64,000 bases of DNA, from positions 11,888 to 75,887 of the forward strand of contig JACPOP010000020.1 in assembly GCA_016191465.1 (NCBI GenBank). Direction: 5' to 3'. Below, in pieces: positions 19,115 through 28,882 of the stretch. Position 1 is the stretch's first letter. Each line of letters starts with the position of its first letter. The notes under the pieces were generated by a model that ran no database searches, was not told the DNA's origin, and saw nothing but the letters and a program-made list of their open reading frames with translations. A program made the position numbers and the translations under genes. The stretch is from Chloroflexota bacterium (GTDB lineage: Bacteria > Chloroflexota > UBA6077 > CF-72).

Positions 19115-19301
19115 CCGTTTACCCCCAACCAGAGCCGGTGGTGGACCACCACCGGCGCGTGCATCCCGTCTGCCACCACCCAGCGGACCGGGTTGGACCA
19201 GGCCAATGTACCAGTGGGCTGGAAACACCAGCTATGTTCTTCGAGACATCGCTTGGGCATTGCAGGTGTGCGCTCGCCCTGCCAGAGCACGGCCCAGACC
19301 G

Positions 19302-21164
19302 TTAGGTGGGCGGGGGCAAACCATCTGTGGTTCCGCGCGGCGCTCGCACGGATGCGCGGAGGGCAGCCGGAGAACCGCGCGACTCGGCGGGATCCGGGGA
19401 CCGGCCGTGGAGAATCCGCTCCAGCTCCAGCGCGAGCACAATCCGGCTCATGTCGTAGAGGTTATGCGGATCAAAAGCGCTGAGCTCACCGCAGCGGCGC
19501 AGGCGCTGGTGCAAGGTATTCACGTGTACGTCCAGGGCCTCCGCCGCTGCCCTGGGCTGCCCGCCGGCCCGCACGTACGCCTCGAGGGTCCTCACCAGGT
19601 CCGTGCCGCGGGCGGCATCGTAGGTCCGCAGCGGGCGCAGCACCGCGTCTACGACCTCGCGCGCCTGGTTCGCGGAGAGCCCCCGGGCCACGCTCCCGAA
19701 GACGCCGAGATCCTCGTACAGCACGAGCGCCCCCGCGGTTTGCGGGCTGGCAAGGGCGGCCAGCGCCTCATCGCGGGCCACTGGGAGCTGCGTGAGGCTC
19801 TCGAACATGGCACTCACCCCCATCCGCTGGATACCGCGCTGCCGCCGGCGAAAGAGCTCTCGCGCGGCGCGTCGGAGTGTCTCGGACGTGGCATGCTCCG
19901 CCTCCAGCAGCACCAGCACGGCGGTCCCCACGTGGACCCCCGTGACCACGGGCCACCCGGCAGCGCGGAGGTCGCCAGGCACCAGCGCCAGGTGCGCGGC
20001 CTCGTCCGTGCTGCCACAGCTCACCGCCGCCAGTCGGAACGGTTGCTCCACCGGTACGCCCAGCACGCCAGCGGCTTCACGCACCTGGTCGGGTGGATAG
20101 AGGCCGTGCGCAAGGGCGAGCAGAACGGCGGGGCGAGCGTAGGTGGTGAGCGCCCGGTCCGCCCGCCCGGCCTGTAGCTCGGCGGCCACGATCGCCGCCG
20201 CGTGGGCCGCTGCCACCTCCGCCACGTGGTTCCCCTCCGGCAGGCACGGCCAGAGCACCAGCGTTCCCAGCGGGGCTGCGCCAGCACCTACCCTGACCAG
20301 CGAGTGTCCGTCGCTCGAGAAAGACGCTTCAGTCCTGAGGCGCCGCACCACGCGGCTGCCCGTGGCAATCCGGTGCATGCGCACTTCGGCGTCCGCCACG
20401 CCGGCGAACGCCACGGCCCTCCCGTCCTCGCCGCACACCAGCACGGACCCGCCGGAGATGTCTGCCAGCGCCTGGGCCACCCGCGTAACGACCGTCACAT
20501 CGGCATGCGCGAGCACGCCCGTCAGGTGCGAAACCGCCGCGAACAACGCGCCCAACTGCTGGTTCTTGCGGTGGAGCTGCTCCGTCTGGGCACGCAGCTC
20601 GTCGGTCGCCCGCCGCTGCTCCGAGGCCATGCGCGCTGTCTCGATGGCCACGCCGGCCAGCCGAGCCACCAGCCTCAGCACCTCCAGCTCTTCGTCCGAG
20701 TGGTGGTGTGGCGCGGACCCATAACAGTTCAGTACGCCGATCATCCGTGAACGGACCACCACCGGCACCGACACCACGGCTCGATAGCCGAGCAGTTGCG
20801 CGGATGTCTTCCACGCGCCGTAGCCCGGCTCCGCCTCGATGTCCGAGATGGCGACCTCGGTCCCGTGCAAGAAGGCGTGGGCGCTGGGCGCCAGCTCCGC
20901 GGTGCCCTCATCCAGGAGGACCCGCTGACTCCGGTTAATGTGCTCGACGTACGCGGAGCTCATGCCCGCCGAGCCCCGAATCGCCAGCGCATTGTGCTCG
21001 TCGTTGAGCATCAGCAGGGCGGTGGCGGCGTATCCCCTTAAGCTCGCTACCTGTTCGCAGATCCGTTCCAGCGTCTCCTGGAGCGGCCGGAAATCATCCA
21101 GTGCCCGGGCAATATCGGCCAGGATGAGCAGGCTTTCAAGGCTGGACTTCGAGAGTTGCGGCAT
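19302..21164 (-). CDS. GAF-domain PucR-family transcriptional regulator
   Basis: N-terminal GAF-like region (LERICEQVASLRGYAATALLML...VPVVVRSRMIGVLNCY) and the C-terminal PucR HTH (AAAEALDVHVNTLHQRLRR). Confidence 0.85.
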   Translation of the reverse strand: MPQLSKSSLESLLILADIARALDDFRPLQETLERICEQVASLRGYAATALLMLNDEHNALAIRGSAGMSSAYVEHINRSQRVLLDEGTAELAPSAHAFLHGTEVAISDIEAEPGYGAWKTSAQLLGYRAVVSVPVVVRSRMIGVLNCYGSAPHHHSDEELEVLRLVARLAGVAIETARMASEQRRATDELRAQTEQLHRKNQQLGALFAAVSHLTGVLAHADVTVVTRVAQALADISGGSVLVCGEDGRAVAFAGVADAEVRMHRIATGSRVVRRLRTEASFSSDGHSLVRVGAGAAPLGTLVLWPCLPEGNHVAEVAAAHAAAIVAAELQAGRADRALTTYARPAVLLALAHGLYPPDQVREAAGVLGVPVEQPFRLAAVSCGSTDEAAHLALVPGDLRAAGWPVVTGVHVGTAVLVLLEAEHATSETLRRAARELFRRRQRGIQRMGVSAMFESLTQLPVARDEALAALASPQTAGALVLYEDLGVFGSVARGLSANQAREVVDAVLRPLRTYDAARGTDLVRTLEAYVRAGGQPRAAAEALDVHVNTLHQRLRRCGELSAFDPHNLYDMSRIVLALELERILHGRSPDPAESRGSPAALRASVRAPRGTTDGLPPPT

Positions 21165-21465
21165 CGCCAGGACTCCGGTCGCGGCATTCTACGCTCGCGT
21201 TTCGCCATGGGGCGCTGGAACACAGGGCGTTGGTCGAAGCTGCACGAGGGCCCGCGGGACATCGCAATCCAGAGCCACGCGGCGCGCGATTCCGGGCTCC
21301 GCACCGATCCCACTGCCTGCCGCGGTGCCGCTGGAGATCTGGACTCGGGCGGCCGCGAACGCGCCTGCCCCTTCACGCGAGCCGGTGTCCAGCCCAAAGC
21401 AGCAGCGAATCGGCCATGGACTCTGCCTTGGTCGGACGATCGGCCGTTCCCTGGTGGTCCAGCCC

Positions 21466-22887
21466 TCAGGCCGCCATCGCTTTGCCAGCGATACGGCCGC
21501 TGAAGACGCTGGGGCCGAACATGGTGCCTTCAAGCGCGGCGCGGCCGTTGACGTGGCCGCCGGCCATCCCGGCCACCTCGCCCGCCGCGTAGAGGCCGGG
21601 GATAGGCCGATCCTCCTGGTCGAGCACGCGCGTGGCCAGGTCGGTACGCACGCCGCCGAGGTTCTTGCGCGTAATCGGAAAGAACTGAATGGCGTAGAAG
21701 GGCGGCTCGGTAAGCGGCTCCAGCCCGCGCAGGTCACGGCCGAAATCCGGGTCCTGCTCGGCGCCCAGAGCCAGGAGCCGGTTGTGCCCGGCAACGGTTT
21801 CGCGGAGCGCGCCGGCATCCAGGCCAGCGGCTCGGGCGAGATCGTCGATCGTATGTCCCCGGGCGACGTACGGCGACCCGTCGAGCAATTGCTGCAGCCG
21901 GTCGCGGTACGGCGCACGCCCCAGGCGATACCGGGGGTGCGCCACGGAGTAGCCGTCGGCGATGCGCGCGTCGACGATCGTCCAGCACGTGGGCGGCGAT
22001 TGCCGCAGGAGCGCGGGAGTGCCGGTGGCTCCCCCGCGCAGGTTCTCGTTGTGGAAGCGCACGCCCTGTTGGTTCACCCAGATTTCGCCCTTCAGACCTC
22101 GGCACACAAGCCCGCGTGCGCTCGCCTCGTCCAGGTAATCAGGCGTGGCGTAGGGGTACATCCACACCACATCCAGGTTGACGAACTGAGCGCCCACGCG
22201 CGCCAGCAGGCTATGCCCCTCGCCGCGAGCGCCGTAGCCACCACCGAGCAGGATCCGCGCGTCGACGGGCAGGCTGCCGCCCGCATTCTGACGGAGCATG
22301 TCCAAGCTATTGCAGAAGCCGCCGGATGCCAGCAGCACGGCCCCTGCGCGGAGCTCCACCAAGCCGTTCGGACCTTCGGCGACGATGCCGGTTACGCGGC
22401 CAGCTTCCATCACCAGGTCCGTCACCCGGGTATCGAGGCTCCAGGCAATCAACGGCTCGGCGCGGGCCGCCTGTTCCAGCGCCGTCGTCACCGCGAGGCC
22501 GCCGCCGCGAGGCTCGTGCCAGCGCGGCACCCGGTTGCCCTCCTGGATGTGAACGTCGTACCAGTCCACGCCCAGCGTCGCCAGCCAGTCGTACAGGTCC
22601 GGCACGCTGCCCTCGACGTAGCGCCGGGCCCACTCGACGTCGACGGAGTCGCCACCCCAGCGCAGCCAGTCCTCCAACGCCAGGTCTGGCGAGTCGTCAA
22701 TGCCCAGGCGCGCCTGCAACGGCGAGCCGGCCACGAACGTGCCGCCGCCGGCTGTCCGAGCGGTCCCGCCTGCCTCGCTGGCGGCATCCACCACCAGAAC
22801 CCGCGCGCCATTCACCGTGGCCTCCAGTGCGGCGGCTAACCCCGCCCCGCCCGCGCCGACAATCAGAACGTCCGTGTCCACGTCCAC
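21466..22887 (-). CDS. FAD_binding_2 flavoprotein oxidoreductase (fumarate reductase / KstD-like)
   Basis: DVLIVGAGGAGLAAALEA dinucleotide fold and the C-terminal PIPGLYAAGEVAG motif. The start is set to the GTG at 22887 just before the GxGxxG. The 623-aa ORF extension overlaps the next gene; the start is uncertain. Confidence 0.75.
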   Translation of the reverse strand: MDVDTDVLIVGAGGAGLAAALEATVNGARVLVVDAASEAGGTARTAGGGTFVAGSPLQARLGIDDSPDLALEDWLRWGGDSVDVEWARRYVEGSVPDLYDWLATLGVDWYDVHIQEGNRVPRWHEPRGGGLAVTTALEQAARAEPLIAWSLDTRVTDLVMEAGRVTGIVAEGPNGLVELRAGAVLLASGGFCNSLDMLRQNAGGSLPVDARILLGGGYGARGEGHSLLARVGAQFVNLDVVWMYPYATPDYLDEASARGLVCRGLKGEIWVNQQGVRFHNENLRGGATGTPALLRQSPPTCWTIVDARIADGYSVAHPRYRLGRAPYRDRLQQLLDGSPYVARGHTIDDLARAAGLDAGALRETVAGHNRLLALGAEQDPDFGRDLRGLEPLTEPPFYAIQFFPITRKNLGGVRTDLATRVLDQEDRPIPGLYAAGEVAGMAGGHVNGRAALEGTMFGPSVFSGRIAGKAMAA

Positions 22888-23069
22888 GGGTGGAGGATAG
22901 ATCGACGCACGCGTGCACGGGGCGGCCCGTCGTATCGGACAGTTTCCCCGTTCGCGGGGCCTGACGCCCGCGTTCGCCTCCGCGGACGGCCGCGCGGGGG
23001 TTCGCCTGGTGGAGGACGGCTCGGCGCGAACGCCCGGGCCGCGCCGGCTGCCGGCGTGAGGAGGCGCCT

Positions 23070-23789
23070 TTACGTGGACGGCGGCGCGCCAGGGCTCGCA
23101 GACTGCGCCCCACGGTCGAAGCCGCGTCTGTCCTCCTGTGGCCCGCTCCACCAACCCTGGAAGTCGGCGAGCGAGGCCAGGTCGCCGAAGTGCCGCTGGA
23201 TGTTCAGCAGGGTTGCGCGGTGCAGGGCGAGGTCTGTAGCGGCGCAGCAGTCGTCCGCCACCACCAGGTAGTAGTCCCGCATGTGGGCCGCGCGGGCCGT
23301 GGACTCCACGCACACGTTGGTGGCGGTGCCGCAGCACACCACGGTGCGAATACCGGCGGCACGCAGCACGAATTCCAGGTTCGTTCCGAGGAAGGCGTCG
23401 TAGCGGAACTTGTTTATCACGGTCTCGCCCGGAGCCGGTTCCACCCCGTACCAGTCCGCACCCCAGGTTCCCGCCAGGCCTGCTCGCGCCTCGCCGGGCA
23501 GCAGCGACCGCCGCGATCGTTCCAGCCAGGGCTCAGAGTCGGTCACGGCGCTGTGCCAGTTCCGCGTGTAGACCACGGGAACGCCCGCCGTGCGGGCGGC
23601 TCCGACCAGGCCCTGCACCCGCGGAACCATCTCCCGCACCGTCGTGAGGTCTGCTCCACGGCGTCCGGCGACCCCTTCCGGGTGGATGTAATCGTTCTGC
23701 ATATCGATCACCAGGAGGGCGGTCCAGCGTGGATCGACCCTCTCCGCACGCGTGTGGAGCACAGAACAGCGTTCCTCCCTGTGCAGCAT
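23070..23789 (-). CDS. Isochorismatase-family hydrolase (second paralogue)
   Basis: ALLVIDMQNDY, KFRYDAF, TVVCCGTATNVCVESTARAA (catalytic Cys context). ATG at 23789; 23834 is an alternative start. Confidence 0.8.
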   Translation of the reverse strand: MLHREERCSVLHTRAERVDPRWTALLVIDMQNDYIHPEGVAGRRGADLTTVREMVPRVQGLVGAARTAGVPVVYTRNWHSAVTDSEPWLERSRRSLLPGEARAGLAGTWGADWYGVEPAPGETVINKFRYDAFLGTNLEFVLRAAGIRTVVCCGTATNVCVESTARAAHMRDYYLVVADDCCAATDLALHRATLLNIQRHFGDLASLADFQGWWSGPQEDRRGFDRGAQSASPGAPPST

Positions 23790-23952
23790 AATGCGGCCGT
23801 GAACGGAGGCTGAGACCGGAGCGCGGGTCGCCACGCTGGCCGCTCTCCAGGCAGCGCCTCACCCGCCTGAGACGCTCGGGGAGTGGAATGTCCGCCATAC
23901 GGGCCAGAGCGCCATGCCCTAGACTCGGCCCCACGTCAGACTGTGGGTATCG

Positions 23953-24495
23953 ATGAGCGCTGATAGCCCGGCCGCGCACGCAAGCGCGCCGTATCGGCAG
24001 AGCGCGGCCGAGTCGTTCCACCGCGCGCTCCGAGCCGGCGGGGTGGATTTTGCCGCCTACATCCCCGACAGCCTCCTGGATCCCATCGAGGCGCTCCTCG
24101 AAGCCGATCCAGGCGTGCGAACCGTGGTCTGCACCCGTGAGGATGAAGGTGTCGCCATCGCCATGGGGGCGTATCTCGGCGGCAAACGGCCCGTGGCGCT
24201 CATGGAGGGCTCCGGACTGGGGATGTCCGGGCTGGTGCTCGCGCGCGGCCTCGTGCAGCGGACGCCACTTTTGTTGATCGCCAGCCATAATCGCGTGCTC
24301 GGAGGGCAATTCGATTACCACGCGGCGACTCGGCTGGTTGGTGAAGGCACGCTTCAGGGGCTGGGTATCCCGTACCTTGTCCTCCACGACGTGGCCATGA
24401 TTGAGACGGTGGTCCGCGAGGCGCTGCTGACGGTCTGGGGGCAGAAGCTGCCGGTTGGGCTGTTTGTACCGCGCCATGTGATTCGCACGGATTAG
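23953..24495 (+). CDS. TPP-enzyme N-terminal (PYR) domain protein, sulfopyruvate/phosphonopyruvate decarboxylase alpha-subunit-like (ComD-like)
   Basis: About 180 aa, with VDFAAYIPDS...VVCTREDEGVAIAMGAYLGGKRPVALMEGSGLG, typical of the split decarboxylase alpha subunit. Confidence 0.75.
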   Translation: MSADSPAAHASAPYRQSAAESFHRALRAGGVDFAAYIPDSLLDPIEALLEADPGVRTVVCTREDEGVAIAMGAYLGGKRPVALMEGSGLGMSGLVLARGLVQRTPLLLIASHNRVLGGQFDYHAATRLVGEGTLQGLGIPYLVLHDVAMIETVVREALLTVWGQKLPVGLFVPRHVIRTD

Positions 24496-24554
24496 GAACC
24501 GCGGTCGCCGCGAGAGCACCGAACAGGGTAGCGAAAGTAGGACAGACAAACGGA

Positions 24555-25802
24555 ATGGCACTGGCATCAAGGATTCGCCCACGACGTTCGCACGCGGTGA
24601 TCGCGGCGCTGGCCACCGGGGCGTTGTGGATCGCGGCCTGTGCGCCGGCCGCGCCCAGCCCAACCGCCGCTCCCGCGGCACCCAAGCCCACCGCACCGGT
24701 AGCAACCTCCGCTCCCGCGGCACCGGCAGCGACCGCGGCTCCAGCCGCACCCGCCGCGGCCACGGCACCCTCCCCGGCGGCAGCAGCCAAGCCCGCCGCG
24801 GCCGCGTCACCGACGACCAGTCGCGGGCTCCAGCTTGCCAAGCCGCTTGCTCCGCTCAACCCGCCCGTCACAGTCAAAGCGCGGGTCGGGAGCTCGCTGA
24901 CGACGGCGCCGTTCTGGTACGCCATCGAGAAGGGCTACTTCAGCGAGCTCGGCATCACCTTTCAGCAGGTCGACATTCAGAACTCGAGCGACGTGATCTC
25001 GCCGATGGCGACTGGACAGATCGACATCGCAGGAACCTCGTTTGGCACCGGGCTCTACAACGCCATCAACCGCAACGTGAACGTGAAGGCCGTGGCTGAT
25101 AACGGCCAGTTGGACAAGGGACTGGCCGGGTCGGCCGCCGTGGTGAAAAAGGGTGCCCGGGCGCAATACGGCAGCGACTGGTGTGCCCTGAAAGGCAAGA
25201 AGGTCGCCGTGTCGGGTCGGACCACCGGCCTGTTCGTCACCCTCTGGAAGGCACTGGAGAGCTGCAAGCTGACGATCGACGACGTGCAGCTCATCGAGCT
25301 CGGCTTCCCCGAGACAAACGTGGCCCTCGCCAGTGGCGCGGTGGACGTGGGCTTCCAGGTAGAGCCGTTCGTGAGCCGCGGCATCGAAGAGAACATTCTT
25401 GAAATCTGGCGGCCTTTGGATGAAGGCCTCGAGGGCCAGCAGATGAACGTGCTGCTGTATTCGGATCAGTTCCAGCAGAACAAGGAAGCCGGCTTGCGCT
25501 TCCTCGTCGCATACATCGCCGGCGCCCGTGACTACCGCCGCGCGATTGAAGGCACCGGCGACCGGGAGGAGATGGGCCGCTTCTTCGCCAAGTACCTCAC
25601 GGTCAAGGATCCTGCCGCCTACGGCAAAATGATCATGATGGGCGTGGACCCCAACGGCGAGATCGACGTGCCCACGGTGCGGGAGTCCATCAGAGTCTTC
25701 CAGCAGAACGGCACCATCGAAGCCGGCGACGTGAACCTGAACTGGATCGACAACACGCTTCGGAACCAGGCGCTGGAGTACCTGGGGCCCTACAAGCCCT
25801 GA
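24555..25802 (+). CDS. Lipoprotein ABC substrate-binding protein, NMT1/TauA/SsuA (NitT/TauT) type, with no cognate permease or ATPase nearby
   Basis: Lipobox ALWIAAC, a roughly 60-aa Ala/Pro linker, then an NMT1-like body (APFWYAIEKGYFSELGITFQQVDIQNSSDVISPMATGQIDIAG). Confidence 0.8.
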   Translation: MALASRIRPRRSHAVIAALATGALWIAACAPAAPSPTAAPAAPKPTAPVATSAPAAPAATAAPAAPAAATAPSPAAAAKPAAAASPTTSRGLQLAKPLAPLNPPVTVKARVGSSLTTAPFWYAIEKGYFSELGITFQQVDIQNSSDVISPMATGQIDIAGTSFGTGLYNAINRNVNVKAVADNGQLDKGLAGSAAVVKKGARAQYGSDWCALKGKKVAVSGRTTGLFVTLWKALESCKLTIDDVQLIELGFPETNVALASGAVDVGFQVEPFVSRGIEENILEIWRPLDEGLEGQQMNVLLYSDQFQQNKEAGLRFLVAYIAGARDYRRAIEGTGDREEMGRFFAKYLTVKDPAAYGKMIMMGVDPNGEIDVPTVRESIRVFQQNGTIEAGDVNLNWIDNTLRNQALEYLGPYKP

Positions 25803-26111
25803 GCGTCGACGACCGGCTGGGAGGGCCTTTCCCTTCTCAGTCGGTCATGAGCGTCGCACCATGCGACAGAACGTCGGCCTCACCCCCCGCCGCGCGGCCA
25901 GCGCCCGGTGCGGTACTCCTCGACCCAGACCCGGCTGCTTCGCCACGTTCCGTCGGTCCGCCAGACGCGTGTGGATTGCCGCGCGGGAGGGTCGGCCGAG
26001 TGCCATCGATGGTCCTGTGGCGAATTGTCGCATCCGGGACGGAAAAAAGCGGACGCGACCATTGTGACCGTACGCGGGAAGGTGCGGGTGTCGCGATCGG
26101 GCGCCGGTCCG

Positions 26112-26717
26112 TTACCGCGATGGCGCGGGAACGAGGCCGCGCTCCCGCAGGGCGCGACCGAAGAGCATGGTCTGCTCGACCAGGTCCGTGGCGAAGGCAC
26201 CGCGGGCCCGCGGGTCTCCGCGATCCGCGGTATCGACGCGAGCCACGACCACCCACGGTCCGCCGCCGCCAATACCCTGGGTCACCGCGTCCTCGAACGC
26301 GGCGACATCCTCCACCGTGGCAGCGTGGGCTACTCCGGCCCCACGGGCCATGGCTGCGAGGTCCGTCCCGTGCGCGGTGGCCGATGCGACGACGCCCCGG
26401 CCGGTCGTGAGGTAGGAGCGGTTGTCGAAGACGACAATCCCAAAGTTCGGCGGTGCGTAGCGAGCCATCGTGGCGAACGTGCCCAGGGACATGAGCATCG
26501 ACCCATCCCCTTCTAGCGCAACCACCGGCTGCGCTGGCCCCACCGCGAGCGCCAGGCCCAGGCACATGGGCGCCGAGATGCCCATGTCCATGTTGTAGAG
26601 CGTCGCGTCGTCATGCTCAACGCTGAATAGCTCGTGGCCGCTGAACCCCGGGCTGACGATGACCAGCGCTCCGCGCCGCTGTCGAACGAATGCCTCGATG
26701 CACTCGATGCGATTCAT
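26112..26717 (-). CDS. TPP-binding (PP) domain protein, sulfopyruvate/phosphonopyruvate decarboxylase beta-subunit-like (ComE-like)
   Basis: TPP motif ALEGDGSMLMSLGTFATMA...VVFDNRSY (GDG...N), about 200 aa. Confidence 0.75.
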   Translation of the reverse strand: MNRIECIEAFVRQRRGALVIVSPGFSGHELFSVEHDDATLYNMDMGISAPMCLGLALAVGPAQPVVALEGDGSMLMSLGTFATMARYAPPNFGIVVFDNRSYLTTGRGVVASATAHGTDLAAMARGAGVAHAATVEDVAAFEDAVTQGIGGGGPWVVVARVDTADRGDPRARGAFATDLVEQTMLFGRALRERGLVPAPSR

Positions 26718-26939
26718 TCGGATGCACCTCCCCCGCGTGTGTCTGCCGAAGTAAGACGAGTGGGTCCGAGTGTAGCCACCGTGGACCAGAGCACGAGCGG
26801 GGCGTATGGGATGAACAACGCCACTCCGCCCTGGCGCAGGGGTCGGAGGGAGCGCGGCGCGCCAAGCGCCCCACGGGATGCCGTGGTGGCAACCGCTCTC
26901 CGTGGTTCAGCTCGAAGCCAGGCTCCATACTGGGAGCTC

Positions 26940-27782
26940 ATGCAGACCCAGCACCGGGAGATCGACGAGGCGGCAACGAGCCACTACGCACGGGCAGGCG
27001 ATATCCGCCTCCACTACAACGAGGTGGGCAGCGGCTACCCGGTGATCATGCTCCACGGCGCCGGCCCGGGCGCCACCAGCTGGAGCAACTTCCGGCGCAA
27101 CGTGCTGCCATTTAGCGCTCGGTACCGCGCGCTGCTGGTCGACATGCCCCAGTTCGGGAAATCAGCCAAGCCGGTGATCGAAGGCGGTCGGCAGTCGTAC
27201 ACCGCCCGAGCCCTGCGCGCATTCATGGACGAGCTGAGTATTCCGAAGGCGCACTTCGTGGGCAACTCCATGGGCGGCCAGGCGGCGATCAAGCTCGCGA
27301 TTGACGCACCCGAGCGCGTGGACCGGCTCGTGGTCATCGGCAGCACACCCGTGAGCCACAGCATCTTCGCGCCGATGCCGTTGGAAGGTATCAAGCTCAT
27401 CGCTGGGTACTACAAGGGCACAGGACCCTCCATGGAGAAGATGCGGGCGCTCCTCCACACGCTTGTCTACGATGCCTCCATCGTGACCGACGAGATGGTC
27501 CGCGAACGGTACGAGTCGAGCATCGACCCCGAGATCGTGGCCGTCAACACCAACCACCCGCCGGCGAAGGAAGACTTCTCGAATCAGCTCACCAAGGTGG
27601 CCTGCCCCACCCTCCTGGTGTGGGGACTCGAGGACCGGTTTGGCGCGCTAGACATCGGGATGTTGATGGCCAAGAAGTTCCAGGACGCGCGGATGCTGCT
27701 CCTGGGCAAGTGCGGCCACTCGGCCCAGATGGAGCATGCCGACGAGTTCAACCGACACGTCCTCGCGTTCCTGCAGGGGTAG
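26940..27782 (+). CDS. Alpha/beta hydrolase of the meta-cleavage-product (BphD/MhpC-like C-C hydrolase) type
   Basis: IRLHYNEVGSGYPVIMLHGAGPGATSWSNF, nucleophile GNSMGG, and a C-terminal CGHSAQMEH His. The start is trimmed to the ATG at 26940. Confidence 0.85.
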   Translation: MQTQHREIDEAATSHYARAGDIRLHYNEVGSGYPVIMLHGAGPGATSWSNFRRNVLPFSARYRALLVDMPQFGKSAKPVIEGGRQSYTARALRAFMDELSIPKAHFVGNSMGGQAAIKLAIDAPERVDRLVVIGSTPVSHSIFAPMPLEGIKLIAGYYKGTGPSMEKMRALLHTLVYDASIVTDEMVRERYESSIDPEIVAVNTNHPPAKEDFSNQLTKVACPTLLVWGLEDRFGALDIGMLMAKKFQDARMLLLGKCGHSAQMEHADEFNRHVLAFLQG

Positions 27783-27846
27783 GCGGTGCCGGGTTATCCG
27801 TTCCTCGTTCCCGCATAGCATCGTCGTCTGGCCACTCGCCACTCGT

Positions 27847-28806
27847 TCATCGCCGGATCGCCGCCGCGCTCGGTTGGGCCTGGAACAGTGGGAGTATCAG
27901 GCCGGCGAACACGAGCAGCGCGCCGGCGATCTTGGTTGGTCCGAAGGACTCGCCGAACACGAGCGCCGAGCCGACACCGCTCAGGATTGGCACCAGCAGG
28001 GTCCAGCGGGACGCGGCTGCCACGCCGCGCCGGGCAATGGCCCAATTCCAGAGGATGTAGGCCAGGTACACCGGCAGCGCCACCATGTACGCGATGGCGG
28101 CCCAGGTGGCGAGAGAAATCGCGCCCCAGTCTTGCGCCACGGCATCCGGGATCGATAGCACAATGAGCGGCAGGGCGCCGATCAGCAGGCTGTAGGCGGT
28201 ATACGTCTCGGGTGGATAGGCCGCGACGAGCGGCCGGTTGACGATGCCGTAGTAGGCGAATGAAAGCCCCGCCCCCAGAGCCAGCGCATCGCCGAGGGCG
28301 GTGCCCGGCGTCCCCACCTTGTCGAGCAAGAACAGCGCTACGCCGGCGATCGCAACGGCGAGCGCCACCCACGCACGGACCGGCGGCCGCTCGCCGCGCA
28401 GGGCCAGGATCAGCAGCGTGAACAGAGGCACCAGGGCAATCATGAGGGACGTCGAGAACGGCGAGGTCCGCTCCAGCCCCAGCAGGAAGCCGAGCTGGTA
28501 CAGGGTGTACGCGCAGCCGCCGGCGAGCGCGAAACGCGGCAGGTCGGCGCGGCGGACGGTCCACGCGGCGCGCGCCGGACCCACCCGCCAGTTGCGGATC
28601 GCCAGCACAAGGAATGCAAGCCCGATCATCGCCACGTAGCGAACAAAGGCAAATGCCAGCGGCCGAAGCTCGGCATAGGCGGCCTTCGTCACGATGTACG
28701 TGGACGCCCACATGGCAATGACGAACAACTGCGCAAGCTCTGGACTGTATCGGGCGAAGAGCGGCTCCGCCGCGGGCGCGTCTCGGGGAGCGACGCGGGC
28801 GGCCAT
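27847..28806 (-). CDS. EamA/DMT-family transporter
   Basis: Ten predicted TM segments in two EamA-like halves. Confidence 0.85.
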   Translation of the reverse strand: MAARVAPRDAPAAEPLFARYSPELAQLFVIAMWASTYIVTKAAYAELRPLAFAFVRYVAMIGLAFLVLAIRNWRVGPARAAWTVRRADLPRFALAGGCAYTLYQLGFLLGLERTSPFSTSLMIALVPLFTLLILALRGERPPVRAWVALAVAIAGVALFLLDKVGTPGTALGDALALGAGLSFAYYGIVNRPLVAAYPPETYTAYSLLIGALPLIVLSIPDAVAQDWGAISLATWAAIAYMVALPVYLAYILWNWAIARRGVAAASRWTLLVPILSGVGSALVFGESFGPTKIAGALLVFAGLILPLFQAQPSAAAIRR

Positions 28807-28882
28807 TGCCTGAGGATACGCCTGCTGTCGCCCGACCTAGATGGCGCTCCGGATTCCCGGGCCGGGCCGAGGCGGCCGTGAA

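Noticed and set aside
21189-21465. Frame containing GLDTGSREGAG (aspartic-protease-like DTGS) in the 300-nt spacer upstream of the PucR gene
   Set aside because: It has no in-frame start codon giving more than 27 aa, the residues after DTGS do not fit retropepsin motifs, and it is part of a longer shadow ORF antisense-overlapping the flavoprotein gene.
23533-24810. 425-aa minus-strand ORF
   Set aside because: It is antisense to the ComD-like and binding-protein genes and to part of the isochorismatase-like gene. It has shadow-frame composition.
25845-26033. 62-aa minus-strand ORF in the gene-free gap between the binding-protein gene and the ComE-like gene
   Set aside because: It is very Arg-rich and has no motif, RBS or conservation signal that I can see. 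The gap is left unannotated.
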